This document shows, in pieces, positions 26,688-39,135 of a DNA stretch of 64,000 bases. Position numbers and translations under genes: made by a program. The notes under the pieces were generated by a model, which had not been told where the DNA came from, ran no database searches, and saw only the letters and a list, made by a program, of their open reading frames with translations. Source of the DNA: Nymphaea colorata (lineage: Eukaryota). The stretch is taken from positions 9,672,001 through 9,736,000 of the forward strand of contig NC_045138.2 in assembly GCF_008831285.2 (NCBI RefSeq), read 5' to 3'. The first letter of the stretch is position 1; the number at the start of each line of letters is the position of its first letter.

Positions 26688-27093
26688 TAAGGTTGTTTCC
26701 GTAACACCAGGTTTTGCTCCAAAATAGGTTTGGGTGGTATTTGGATCACAAGAAAATGGGGTTTCTTAAAGACCCAGTTTTGGAGATGAAAAACCCAAAA
26801 CTCAGTTTTGATCAGGAGAGGACTGTTAACAAGTAGAAAGAAAAAACAACAAATAGCCATATTATGCCTCAATTCATGTCTTTGAGTGCTTTATGTGCAA
26901 TCTTATATCCCAATAAGGACTCGTGTGTGGCTTTATGCGTGTAAAACACAATACATTATACGTTTAATTAACAAACACACATACAAACCCACTAAATGAT
27001 ATTGAGAATGTGCACAAATCAACTTTTAGCATGACATATGTCCAATTTGTTAAGGCTGTCGGTAACGAAATTTGCATTTGAGAATATTTTTTT

Positions 27094-27128
<35 letters not shown>

Positions 27129-30100
27129 CTAAACTTTTTTTTTCAAACAAGTATTCTCAAAAACTCGTTTTTCTCATCCAAACAAAAACCAGGCTTTGAA
27201 AAGTTAAAAGCTGGTTTTTGCCTTAGTCATCCAAACAAGCAAAACCGGTTTTGAAAACTTATTAAAAGACCAGTGTTTAACAAAACCAGCTTTTGGGAAA
27301 TCCAAATTTGTGCAAGCCTCATCCGAAACGCTCCCTAAGATTTTAGTGGTTCTAAAATCTATCCAGACATAAGATCTAAGACAATCAACGTTAAAGTACA
27401 TCCCAAATTAGCGTTGCTACTGGTACCTATTTATGATTATAACACTGCCCTTTTTTATTTCATGTGGCTTCAAGCTGTTGTATTATAATACTTTCGAAGA
27501 GAGAGAAGCTGGCGGGGAAACGAGTCGCGTAGCTAGGTTGTTGAACTGGGAGAGACAGAAGGTATGCAATGCGACAGAGGCCCTCCATTGATCACTACAG
27601 AAGAGGATTTCCATATGGATTGCGTGCGAGAGCCGGGGACGGACCGGTGGTATGCTGGAACGTCAGATAACATCTGATCCTCTGATAGAAAAAGGGCTTC
27701 CACTCTATCGGCCCCACCGGCTTATGTCTTACGAAATTATTTTTTATATAATCATATCACTATGGACATTAACTAGTATGCCATAACTCGGGTGTGTAAT
27801 TTTAAGCGTGATTTACGGCTTTTGTACCAAACGGGATGTTGGTTGAGCATGACATTGGAGTTCCTAACTATAGCTTATGTGTTGGGCAGGTGTAGACATG
27901 AAGAATTTGTTTGTGATTCAGTTAAAGAGTTTAATGAAGTGGGAATGTTTGTCATTAATCCAATTTCATCTTTCTTTACTTAATTCTGATAAGGAACTTA
28001 GATCTGATTAATATTAATGGGATTTAAATTCAGGGTGCAGTTTTATAATTGAATTTCGCTTCGAATTTGATGTGTAAACGAAATCAATAAAAGATTTGTC
28101 AAAATCATACATATATGTGACATGCGATGCCTTCAAATTCGAATGGTTGGAGTGCAATAATTGCGAGACGACATTTTACTGTTCTTTTTGTCTCGTGTGG
28201 TTGAAAGTTTAGAAGGTAATTGAACAACTGATTTGACATTTGGTTCTACCATTGTGACTTGGTGTTCAAGCAGTATCAAAAACTTGCTATAGTCGACCAA
28301 GTTCCCAATAAGGTTGACAGAAAACATGAAAAGGGCAATACTAACACTTTTTCTAGTAGCATTGTGACGGAAAGCTGACACCGAATAGGATAAAGCTGAA
28401 ACGGAAGCGTCTTCCCTGTCATCCCTCACGTTTAGGGGCATTGGGCCACAGCATTAAATTAGTTTTACTCTATCCAATTTCAACAAAACGGTATTGTGAG
28501 TAGCAGAGCCCAGCAGATTTTCCATAGAAAGCATGGTTTTTCCATACAACGGTAGAAGGCATCGTTCTGTTTAGTCACTAAAAGTTTTAAAAAAAATTAT
28601 GTTGTTGCAATTTTTTGGTTTTCACAAAATGTCAGTCTTTAAGGATGTCGTCCGAACACTACTTGGGCTGATTATGTGGTTTGACATGTAATGTTGTTAA
28701 GTGTCATTTAGCATGTGAAAATCGATTCGCATGATTTAAATTATTTTTCTTTTTGTTTTGTTTCCCTTTTTTATGTCCATGACATGAAATTTGATATATA
28801 TTATATGTGTGTGTGTGTGAAAGTAAAGAATTTCCTAGTGCTAAGTTGCCTGTGGTTGGTTTAAGAGCAATTGAAGCTTTCCTCTTTAGAAAGAGCAAAA
28901 GCTTCAATCTAGTAAAATTGCATGTGCTTAGGTACACTACTTTTACATATCTTTGCAGATAGACTCAAGCTGTCTAACTAGTGGCCATGCCTTTCATTGA
29001 TGAAAAACATTTTTGGGTGAGAATGGGAGACCCAATGCACAGTAGAGTGAGGAGGTTTCCACCCACCCTTTGATCTCATAAGATGTAGGGTCTGCTTTAA
29101 GTGCTTTGGAATGCTAGTACACTAAATTGATAGCCAAGATGGAAACTGCTGCCTACCAGCCCCACCCCAAACTACACCAACCCCAAGACATTTGATAAAA
29201 TGAATTCTGTTTCTGAAATACTTTTGCACAACACATATTAACAAACCACACATAGTTCTAAAGAAATGCTATGTAATTTTAAATGTTATTTTCAGATCCA
29301 AAAATTAAATTCTGGATAAAACAGAACGATAATGTTTTTGAATTATTTGACTTAAGAAAACAAGCTTCTTCTTAAGAAACAACTTCATGAGAATAAATAT
29401 TGCTCATATTCGTTCGTTTATGTACAGGATATAAGAACTTAATATTATGGAGCATTCATGATGACTACAACCCAAATGAACTTTATCTAAAAGGCAAATG
29501 AACTTTGGAAAACATAGAAACCAATATGGTATAGTTTCCTATTTTGGCTGTTGCCAATATCGGCTCCTATCGGTCGATGCATATCGTATCGCCTTCTGTC
29601 CTATCATTAAATGCAGGTGGTTACCGAATTAATTTTATTTTTAAAAATAATTTTAAGCATTTCAATTAGTATAAATATAAGGCCACATGAGTGAGTACGA
29701 GACTACACGAATCGACCCAGAGTCCAATATTTTCCGGTGATGAAGACCTGGTTTTGACAACTTTCGTCGGCATGTTACTCAGGTCACTCGGCCGTACTCA
29801 TCGTCGGTCAGTAAGCGGCAAAGAACTCGCGGACTAACTGCATTCTGACATTTGAATTAGAAAAAAGTGGGATACGTAAGCGGACGTGGGTATGACCGTC
29901 GTCCCTCCCGCCCCTTGGCCTCCTGCATTTCGTATCCGTTTTCTTTTTCCCTCCGCTTCTTCTTCTTCTTCCTCTTCTCCGCTTTCTTTCACCAACTGCA
30001 ATTCGTGTCTCGACTCTCAAGGTGCCGCCTATTCCTGTAGTCCAGCCTCCGCCTGGTTTGACTGTCTCGTCCTTTTCCTCATTTTCTTTCTCTCCTTCCT

Positions 30101-30751
30101 GCTTTTTTTTTTTGCACGCGCACGCTCACACGCACATAGAGAAGGCCTATATTGGCAGTTTATGCTTTGGGCCAAATCAAACTTTTGGGTTGTTTCTGTT
30201 TCCTCAAGCCCTTTTTCTTGGTCGTGTCGTTTCGAGGGTCTTCATGGTGTGGTCTGTTTCTGTAGAGAAGAAGTCTATTGACAGTGTAAGTTTCTGGAAT
30301 AATGTACCAAATGTAAGGTTCATCTTCTTTTCTGGTTGTTTCCGTTTGCTCAATCTTTCTGCCTGGTAGTGCTTTCGAGAGTCTTCATGCTGTGGTCTGT
30401 TGTTCCCTCCACTTCGTCTGCTTATTCTCCTCCTTTTTTTTTTTCACCAACTGCAATGCAGTGATCGTGTCTTAAGGGGTCGCTTACTCATGTAATGCAG
30501 CCTCCACATCGTCTTCGACACTTCTTTTCCCGGATTTCCTTTTCTCATTATTTTTCTTCCTACTTTTTTTTTTTAATTATTTTCTTTTCCACGCGCACAC
30601 TCACACGCACAGGGATAATGCTTCTATTTCAGTTTAAGTTTTGGGCCAAACCAAATGCAAGATTCATATTCCTTTTTGGTTGTTTCGGTCTCCTCAGATC
30701 TTTCTTCCTGGACAGTTGACGTTGTTCGCTATTGTTTAAGCAAATAACAAG

Positions 30752-30794
30752 ATGGGAAACTTCAATTTAAACGAACCCCCTCCCCCTGCAGAAG
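30752..30794 (+). CDS. MORC: MORC exon 1 (MGNFNLNEPPPPAE)
   Basis: Runs from ATG to the donor G|GTAAAG. Phase 1 matches exon 2. Confidence 0.6.
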
Positions 30795-30963
30795 GTAAAG
30801 GCATTGATTATTCTGAAGAATAGCCTTCTTGGGTTTGCTCGTTTGTTCCGTCTTAACGTAGTTTTTCTCCCAGTGGGAATTTCTAGTGGGCTACTAGAAC
30901 ATTGTTAGTAGTTAATCTTCCCATTAGTAACTTAGAGCGTTTTGTTCGAAAATTGGATTCTAG

Positions 30964-31045
30964 ATGCGACTCCTCAACGTGTGATGCTGTGCAAGGACGG
31001 GAAACCGATATCACGGGTGAACTGCTATAACCGGGGCTTCGATAT
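30964..31045 (+). CDS. MORC: MORC exon 2 (DATPQRVMLCKDGKPISRVNCYNRGFD)
   Basis: Bounded by tag| and |gtaagt. Phase 2 matches exon 3. Confidence 0.8.
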
Positions 31046-31352
31046 GTAAGTGCAACCTTTACCTCTAACTTTTTGTACTGTCTCTTGTTTTTTCCCTTTG
31101 AATCAGAAACATGGCATTGTGTTAACGATTACCTGAGTGTGACGTGCGCTGGTGCCTTTATTGTGATCAAAATTTCATGCTTCACTGGCTGAAGTTTTAC
31201 TTGCCAGAAACAGCAAGCAGTTATTTGTTCCCTTCTTTGTCTAAAAGTTCCAAGTATACTCTGGTTTGCTAGACTGCGCTTAGTCTACTGTGATTTACTA
31301 TGCTCAAGTGCATTACTGACAAAGTATCTTAGTAGTCAGTATATATATATGG

Positions 31353-31357
<5 letters not shown>

Positions 31358-31402
<45 letters not shown>
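31358..31402. repeat. (GA)n microsatellite in MORC intron 2
   Basis: Read directly. Confidence 0.95.
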
Positions 31403-31407
<5 letters not shown>

Positions 31408-32354
31408 CAACTGACTAATGACTACCTTCATGGCTGGATGGTTGTTTTTTTTTTTTTTTTAATTTTGTGTTGCTAAAAACCATCATAAATGGTGCATTGG
31501 TGATGACACTTTGTTAAAATTTTTAGCAACGAAATGTACCTTTTGCAATAATTTTTAGCGACACCAAATAAAAAAACAACCACATGGCTGTAAACTGCTG
31601 AATGTTGCCATGACACAATAACTAAAAACCGTCACTAAAAGCACCTTGTCAAGAAGCACTGGCTATGGTATTATCATATTGTTAGCTTCTCGGCAAACAA
31701 GAGGAAAACTTGGCTGCTTAAGGGCTCAGTGCCTCTTAGCCAGCCACACTACTCATGCGACCCAGCCGCCAGAACCCAGCTTCCAATTATTACTCTAAAA
31801 ATACCCCCTCTTAGGGTTAACCCCCTTCGACTTATATACACCTCGATATGGGTTGGGTTTATTACATGCTGGGTCTATCTTTGACCCGCTACTCCCAACT
31901 CTTATATTTAATAACTCTGTGAGTACTACCGTATACCCAATTGATGCCTCACAATATGCTCCCCCTTAACAGCACCTTGTCCTCAAGGTGCAAACTTTGG
32001 GAAACATCTTTGTATCTCTTCAACTAGCTCCCATGTGGTTGGTAGTTGGTCATGATTGGACCATTCCACCAGCCATTCCGTTTGTAGTCTGGTGCCTACA
32101 TTGGTCTCCTTACGCCCCAATCACCTGTATGGTGTGATAGACGGGGGGTTCTGTCAGGGTGGGCACAACTGTTTCTTCTTCGCAGGGGGGCGGTGACAAC
32201 TCTTGAGCTTGGAGACGTGAAAGACAGGGTGAATTAGGCTTCCCTGAAGTAGAATCCGTACACGAAGGTCCCTATCTTTCTCTCGATCTGCTAGGGGCCG
32301 ATGAATTTTGTTCCTAATTTCTGAGAACTCAATGGGCCTTGATGGACCAGTGAG

Positions 32355-33040
32355 CTATGTCACATAGGTACGGGTACGGGTGCGGGTACGGGTGCCGGTG
32401 CGGGTACGGGTACGGACCATTTTTAAAAAACTTGGGTATGGGGGTACGGCCGTACACACACATGCACATACATATATATGTCAAAAAATTTCAAACAGAA
32501 TAACATATTCGCATATATATATAAAAAAAGTACAAACAAAATAACATATTCATAAATCATAATCCAAAACTTACCATTTTTTATTCTCATTCTCCTCAGT
32601 CGCAAATTTACTGTTCAACTGAGGCCGAAGAAAATCACGCGTTTAAAGAAGCATAAGCACAAACAAAGGAACAACATAAACTTTTACATAACAAGATAAA
32701 GGAGCTAGCGAAGCAAAAAACAAATCCCAACACTACTAAGCAAGAATGAAGAAAAAAGAGGGAAGTGGGACATTAAAATGAGGGTTTCGAAAATTTTAAC
32801 GTTAAAATGGTTTAAAAAGTGAAAATGTAAAAATCATTAACATTAAAATCTGACAAATTTGGGCTCAGTCAACTTTGACCGAGTCTAAAAAAGGTCAAAA
32901 ATGACCTTGGGTGCGTTGACCACACCCGGTACGGTCAATGCAGTACCCTGCCGTACCCAGGGCCGTACCCGTACCCGTACCCGTGTCTTACCCGTACCAT
33001 ACGGGTACTCCTCCTTAGGAGGAGTACCCGTGTGACAGAG
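32355..33040. mobile_element. hAT-type MITE (CTATGTCACA family), copy A
   Basis: Perfect 8-bp TSD ccagtgag. TIRs are ctatgtcaca and tgtgacagag. Subterminal gtacgg/gtaccc repeats are present. Confidence 0.9.
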
Positions 33041-33272
33041 CCAGTGAGGTTGCCGTTGCAGACAGACCCATTTTCCCTCCTGAACTGTTGGTCTCAATGT
33101 CATCGATTATACTGGATCACCATTCTGTTTCTGGCTGCTACTAAATGCTGCTTGATGTCCTTGAGGATGACATCCCTGCACTTGAACTGGATGTCGACTG
33201 CCTCCTCCCTAGCAAACGTTGGCTGGTAATGCCTAACGCTTGGTGGCTGTTTGCTGTAAACAACCTCAAAAG

Positions 33273-33839
33273 CTATGTAACATGGGTACCTTAATTTTGG
33301 TGGAGTACCCGTACCAGTCGGGTGTGGTTCAGGTACCGGGTATGGTCAATGTACTCAGGACCGTATCTGTCCAAAAGCAGACTCGGTCAATGTTACTTCA
33401 TTTTCGTCCAAAACTTAGGTTTTTATTTTTGTTTTCTTGTTTCCTTTCAAAATCTTAGAGCCTCGACAAAATTGTGGGCGACGTCCACCAACTTCCGGCG
33501 TCCTCCAGCAACCTTCAACGACCTTCCTGCATGAACTATTTTTTCTTTTTATTATTGTTCTTACTAGTATTTTTGTTTTCCTACATGAAAATTCAACAAA
33601 TGTTTATATTTGACTTTCTAGGGGGCTGCTCGGTAGTCCATATGTTTAAAGTTTTTCATAAGTTTCTTAAAAACACTGCTGCAAGATCCGTTGATATATA
33701 TTTTCTATGTTGCTCATTTGTTTATGTTGATATATGTTTTTTATTTTGATATGTATACGGATATGGACGTACCCCCGCACCCAAGTTTTTTTAAAATGGT
33801 TCGTACCCGCACCGGCACCTGTACCCGTATGTGACATAG
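33273..33839. mobile_element. hAT-type MITE (CTATGTCACA family), copy B, opposite orientation to A
   Basis: TSD is ctcaaaag/ctcaaaaa. TIRs are ctatgtaacat and atgtgacatag. Confidence 0.88.
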
Positions 33840-35866
33840 CTCAAAAAGGTGTCGTTCTTGTGTGGAGCTTGCGAGGTGCTGCTTTTGGCTTGAAACACTC
33901 GTTCTTCCGTGGGCTGAAGTGCATCTTCATTCCCACGAAATCCCAATTGATCTCTCCCAAGCCCCTCAGCCATTGGATCCCAAGGACCAAATCGGCTGCT
34001 GCCATGGCCAGCATATACAGTTCTATTAGGACTTGTCGGCCTTGTATGTCCAAGACCTCCTGTTCACATTTGCCGCGACATTTGAGGACGCTTCCACCTA
34101 CTACCACGTCAAACGTTGGTTGATTTTCGATCTCACACCTCAAGGATTTCGCTGATTTCTCATAATGAAATTGTGAGTGGAACCTGTGTCCACCATAATA
34201 CTCACTTGTTTCCCTCTCATCCATTCTCAGCTGGGGCACTTCATCTCCTGTTGACGCATGTAGCGAGATCTTTAAAGGTATCTCACTCGCTTCTTTGACC
34301 CCATGCTTCATCGGCTCCTGTGTTTCGTTGCTGTCATCTAGACTTTCTTCCTCTTCCTACACCAAATACATGTGGAGTTTGAAATGCGCGTGACCAGGAG
34401 ACCAGGGTTGGTCGCAATGGAAGCACACACCTCTTCCTCTCCTGTTGCTTGCCGGTTTTGGGTAGGCATCCTCTGCCGATATCGCCATTCCTTGGTTATG
34501 GGTGTCTCTGCTCCACCCTTTGCCTGAAATGCCCTAACGTTTGCTCTTCTCTTCTCCTCCACCACCCTCGCAAGCTCGAAGCACTTTGTCAGGCTGCATG
34601 GTTTGCTGCCTGAACTTCAATCCGTATCTCCTCCCTGAGCCCTTCGATAGGGCTGAGATGGGCCAACCCCTTACCATATTGCTGAGTTTCTCAAACCTCT
34701 TGTGGTAGTCGACAACTGATCCCTTCTGTCTGATCTTGGAGAGTTCAACATTATAGTCAAGATAGGAGGAAGGGTCAACCGTGCTTTCATGGCCTCCACT
34801 AATCCTTCCCAGTTGGGCTTCCCTTGCTGCGACGGTAACCAACGGTACCATCGAATCGCTAGTCTCTCGAAATGTACTGTTGCGTGACTCACCTTATGAG
34901 GTTCAGCAGTTCTTTGACATTCGAAGAACTGTTCTGATTTGAAGATCCAGCTTGAGGGGTCTTCTCTTACAAATTTGGTGTCACCATTCCCTTCCGCTGG
35001 TGGACACCAATGGATTGGTTGTCCCCATTCCCCGGAGGGTTGGAGGGCTGTCTGCCGTTTCTTGCTCCTGTCTCAGTTCTCCTTGTGCTAGGGGAGATAG
35101 AGAACCTACCTTGCTGGAGGATCTCCTTCATCTTGGTCGCCAGTGATGGCTGGTCTGCCATGAAGGCCTGCATCCTTTCATCTGCCTCTTGATTCTGTCG
35201 TTCGACCGTCTGCAATCGGCGGTTCATGGCATCGACTGCTTCTTCCTTTCGTGTGCGATGAGCTTCTACCGCAGCCATGACCTGACGCGACGTTACCCTG
35301 TCACCAATTTGGCTCTGATACTGTTTGTTAGCTTCTCAGCTAACAAGAGGAAAACTTAGCTGCTTAAGGGCTCAGCGCCTCTTAGCCAGCCACACTACTC
35401 AGGCGACCCAGCTGCCAGAAGCCCAACTTCGAGTGATTACTCTAAAAAATACCCCCCTCTTAGGGTTAACCCCCTTTGACTTATATACACCTCGATATGG
35501 GTGGGGTTTATTACATACTGGGTCTATGTCTAACCCAACCCTTAAGTCTTAACCCCTATTTAATAACTCTGTGACTACTAGTGTATACCAGATTGACGCC
35601 TCACACATATAGCCATGGTTTATGATGCTTTTAGTGATGTTTTATGATGCTTTTTAGGCACCAACCTTGAATATGTATCCATCCAGCAACTGGCACATTT
35701 TGGTAAGCTTGTCGTGCATGCGTTATAGAACTTCTGGTTGCTTCTACCTGACATCATTAAATAACACATGAAACTAGCTTCTCTTTCTTTTCCTATTTAA
35801 AAAGTTTGTGTTCAAGTTGGTTCTTCCATTTGAAATGATTTGAACATCAATTTTACGCTTATGCAG

Positions 35867-36014
35867 GAGAAGGTCTTGGACCATAATGAGCATGCCTTCT
35901 ATTAACAAGTTAACACTACCATCTGACAAATTTGTTATGACGTCAGACTTTGAAAATGGACACCAAGCGATAGAGTGGACCAAATTTCTTCATTTTCTTT
36001 TTGAGTACAAGAAG
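35867..36014 (+). CDS. MORC: MORC exon 3 (..EWTKFLHFLFEYKK)
   Basis: Bounded by cag| and |gtacct. The frame is open and phases match. Confidence 0.85.
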
Positions 36015-36185
36015 GTACCTGTACCTACTCAGTTTCAGTTTACTGGTCTTGATAGTTAAATGGAAAGCTTGTATTCATGCTGCAATTTTTTGTTTGGTGC
36101 CTGTTTCACCAAGTAAACTAGAGATATAAGTTAACCCCTAATGTGTTATTTAATGTCATCAACTGATTTCTCTTTAATTGTAAAG

Positions 36186-36300
36186 GTTGCTGTTGTGGAG
36201 CCAGCTGCTTATGATTTCTACATCCTCCCTCCTCATGTTCCAGAAACAGATAAGGTTGAGGTTGCATATAGGAAGAGGAATTCTGCTTTTCAATTGGAAC
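36186..36300 (+). CDS. MORC: MORC exon 4 (VAVVEPAAYDFYILPP..)
   Basis: Bounded by aag| and |gtaaaa. Lies within ORF 36141-36383. Confidence 0.8.
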
Positions 36301-36497
36301 GTAAAACTTGTGGTACTTTAACAATGCCCTTGCTCAACTTTGAAGTGGAATCCTTATTCAGCTTTTTGATAAATTGCATTTAGCGACATCTTATATAAGA
36401 AACATTATCTATTTCTTGGCCTGTATTTCCAACAGTGGGATTGTTTGCATGATTTTTATTAGTAACTACTTTGTGTTTGGGCACTTGTTATATATAG

Positions 36498-37272
36498 GTA
36501 ATCACTTGGAACGTTGTAAACTTGAAGAGGTGCCTGCTTCTAGAAATCTCCATTCACACACCAATAGTAAGTTTATATTGCCCATGAAGGGGCATGATGT
36601 GGACAACAGCCTAAACATAACAGCAAGGTTGGTTCAAACTTGTGATGTTTCCGACACATCTCTTAGAGATAGCCTTCTACATGGTTCTCATTGCATTGAG
36701 GATGATCCTGAGGTTCTGAGTTCAGCTGCTGAAGAGAAGAATATTTTGTGCCCAAGTCCTGTATGTTGTTTGGAGGAAATAGCTGAAAGTTCTCATAGGG
36801 TTGTCAAAGAAACACAGATATCTCCTACAAGAGAGTCTTCTGACAAACATCATCATCAATCTTCTGCAGTGGAACCAACGCTAAGAGATTGGAAATCTCA
36901 CTTTGTAGCAGAGGATCCAGATCAAATCAAGGCTTCTGAATACAAAAAGAACAGCTACATGCAGTTTGCGGTTGATGGTAATCTTACGGAATCAAATGCT
37001 TTCCTGAAGCAATCACGGCCTTTGCCTGTGCTACATATGAGAAATTATGGTTCTCATAGCACGTCTCAGACAGATTTTTCAAGTCCCACAGTGGAATATA
37101 CAGAGAGGAATCAAGGATTTAATCCAATAACAAGGCAGCCCAATAGTTTGTCTCAGTCGTACGTCCGTACCCACCCTAGCTACTTTAAAACACTTGGCCA
37201 GATCCACTCAGGGTGGATTTTTGGTGCCATTGCTGAGCTTGTTGACAATGCCAGGGATGCTAATGCAAAAAG
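36498..37272 (+). CDS. MORC: MORC exon 5 (linker plus ATPase N-box AIAELVDNARDA)
   Basis: Bounded by tag| and |gtccat. Lies within ORF 36374-37297. Confidence 0.9.
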
Positions 37273-37440
37273 GTCCATCATTGGCTTGGTGTTTTAGATG
37301 CTTTATGATGCTGCAATTTGAGGTTATGATGTTCTTGTTTATCCTGATGTGGAAAAATTCTGTTCTGTATATTTTCAGTTGCCACTCTGTCCAAGCTTAC
37401 TTAAACAAGATATTAAAGCAATTTTGCCTTTCCTGGCCAG

Positions 37441-37621
37441 ATTGGAAATTTTCATTGAATCCATGTATTCAAAGAGGGAAGGCAAGCATATTCCTGTCCT
37501 GTCATTTGTTGATAATGGTTGTGGCATGTCACACAAAGAGATTGTGCGAATGGTCTCTTTTGGCCACGAACCTCAGAAGAATGATGCAAATCACATCGGA
37601 AGATATGGTGTAGGGTTTAAG
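37441..37621 (+). CDS. MORC: MORC exon 6 (DNGCGM, GRYGVGFK)
   Basis: Bounded by cag| and |gtacgt. Confidence 0.95.
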
Positions 37622-37849
37622 GTACGTTAACTTTCTTAAATGTTTAACATTTAACTGATGCATTTTCAAGGCATTTATCAGCAAAATTTTTTTCCTAGAG
37701 CTTGAGTTGGTGATGTGCTGGTCAGTGTTGGGCCTGACCCTCCTGGTCTAGTTGAGGCCTATCTAAACTTGCAAAGCTAAGTCACATGCATACTCCCCTT
37801 CTTCATAATGTATCCATGTCATTACTGTAATTTTCGGACATGACTTATA

Positions 37850-38317
37850 GGCAGTGTTTGATAGCTTCTGGTTTCAAATCCAACCTCAGATATGGTATGA
37901 GATCCAAGGTCCTATCTGATTTCTGAAGCCCATGGATGTCTGGCCTGAAATCCTTGGATCTCAGGTCAAGGGGTTTGTGTGGATTTCTTGTATGGAACTC
38001 ATATCCACATGAAAAGCTGTGGCCAGAGTTCTGTCACCACCTTTTCGATGAATTTTGCCGTGACAAAACTAAAGAACAAGAAGACTTAGTCGGAGAAAAG
38101 GGGAGCTTCAATGCCATTATTCTGGTGGAAAAGAGGCAGCGCCTGCTTTTCTTGGAAGGAGAAGAGGGCTTCAAAGCCCTCATTTCAGTCAGAAAAGAGG
38201 GCTTTGAAGGGAGGGAGTGAAAAAAGCTCTTTGGCACAATGAGAGAGAGAGGAAAAGAGATCCTTGGGCATGGTTGCCAAGAAAGGTATGAGCCTATGAG
38301 GTCCATCAAACAGAGCC
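37850..38317. mobile_element. PIF/Harbinger-like MITE in MORC intron 6
   Basis: TIRs are GGCAGTGTTTGATAG and GGCTCTGTTTGATGG (reverse complement). Confidence 0.6.
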
Positions 38318-39135
38318 GACAAGGTATTTGATGGTTTGGATATGGGTAGGAACCAATTTCAACCCATTCTGTTTGAAGGGGTTCATAGCCTAACTTGTTT
38401 TGGTCCGGATTATGTAGTTGTACACAGTGGGTTGTGTATGAATTATGAATTTAATTTTCTTTAATTTTTACAGATCATCATTACGTATGTATGATCCAAG
38501 TTCAAACTAGACTTTGACGCCTACGTCAGATGAATCAAACAAGCAATTTTACAATGATGCTTTGCTTTTGTTATTACAATACTATGCATGCACAAGAACA
38601 TAACCAGTCAATTAAACATAGATTACATATGCAAGCTTGAAAAGCAAGTGCAGAATTCATTTTTCTTTTCTAGTAGGATTTTATGAAGCTTTAAATATCA
38701 CTGGCCTGGCTTTTTTGTCGGCTTATAAATTGAATTTACATGTTGAAAAAAAAAAACATGATCATTTTCCTTATAGCGTTAGGCATTCTGGGGCCATTTG
38801 ATAGCCAAGTGAAATTTTCAGAGATACATTGTTTTGCATTAAATTTGTCACTCATCGAGGTTGCCATCAAGGTTAAATTTCTCATTTTTATTGGGTATTT
38901 GTATGGTTCTTCCATATCTTCAGTGGGAGCTGTGAGCTCCAACTATTTGTCTTTAAATATTAAACACCAGTTTAAACATTTCAGGCTATCCAATCCCCTC
39001 TCTGAATCCAATTGTGCAGTTATATTTATATCCCAAAAGAAAAAGTGTTGGATGGTTCAGTAAATGGACATCTTTGAGGGCAGTGTGTGTGTATGTGTGT
39101 GTATATATATATTATATATATATGTTTATATATAT

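Larger units (their letters stand above)
31680..35605 (-). mobile_element. Ty3/Gypsy chromovirus (Reina-like), internally deleted and non-autonomous
   Basis: LTRs at 31680-31953 and 35326-35605 (TG..CA) have a perfect TSD catat. A degenerate Met PBS lies at 35311-35323 and a PPT (cccccttaa) near 31961. Coding remnants are gag (34534-35278), protease (DLVLGIQWL, 33841-34311), the integrase C-terminus and a chromodomain (EWLVEWS..TTWE). Confidence 0.93.

Noticed and set aside
31470..31679. CACTA remnant hosting the Gypsy insertion
   Set aside because: Subterminal-like gtcactaaa/ttagcgac motifs are present, but no CACTA terminus or TSD was found.
32351..33843. One 1.5-kb element with 16-bp TIRs (tgagctatgtcacata)
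   Set aside because: It resolves into two MITEs with their own TSDs, separated by Gypsy integrase sequence.
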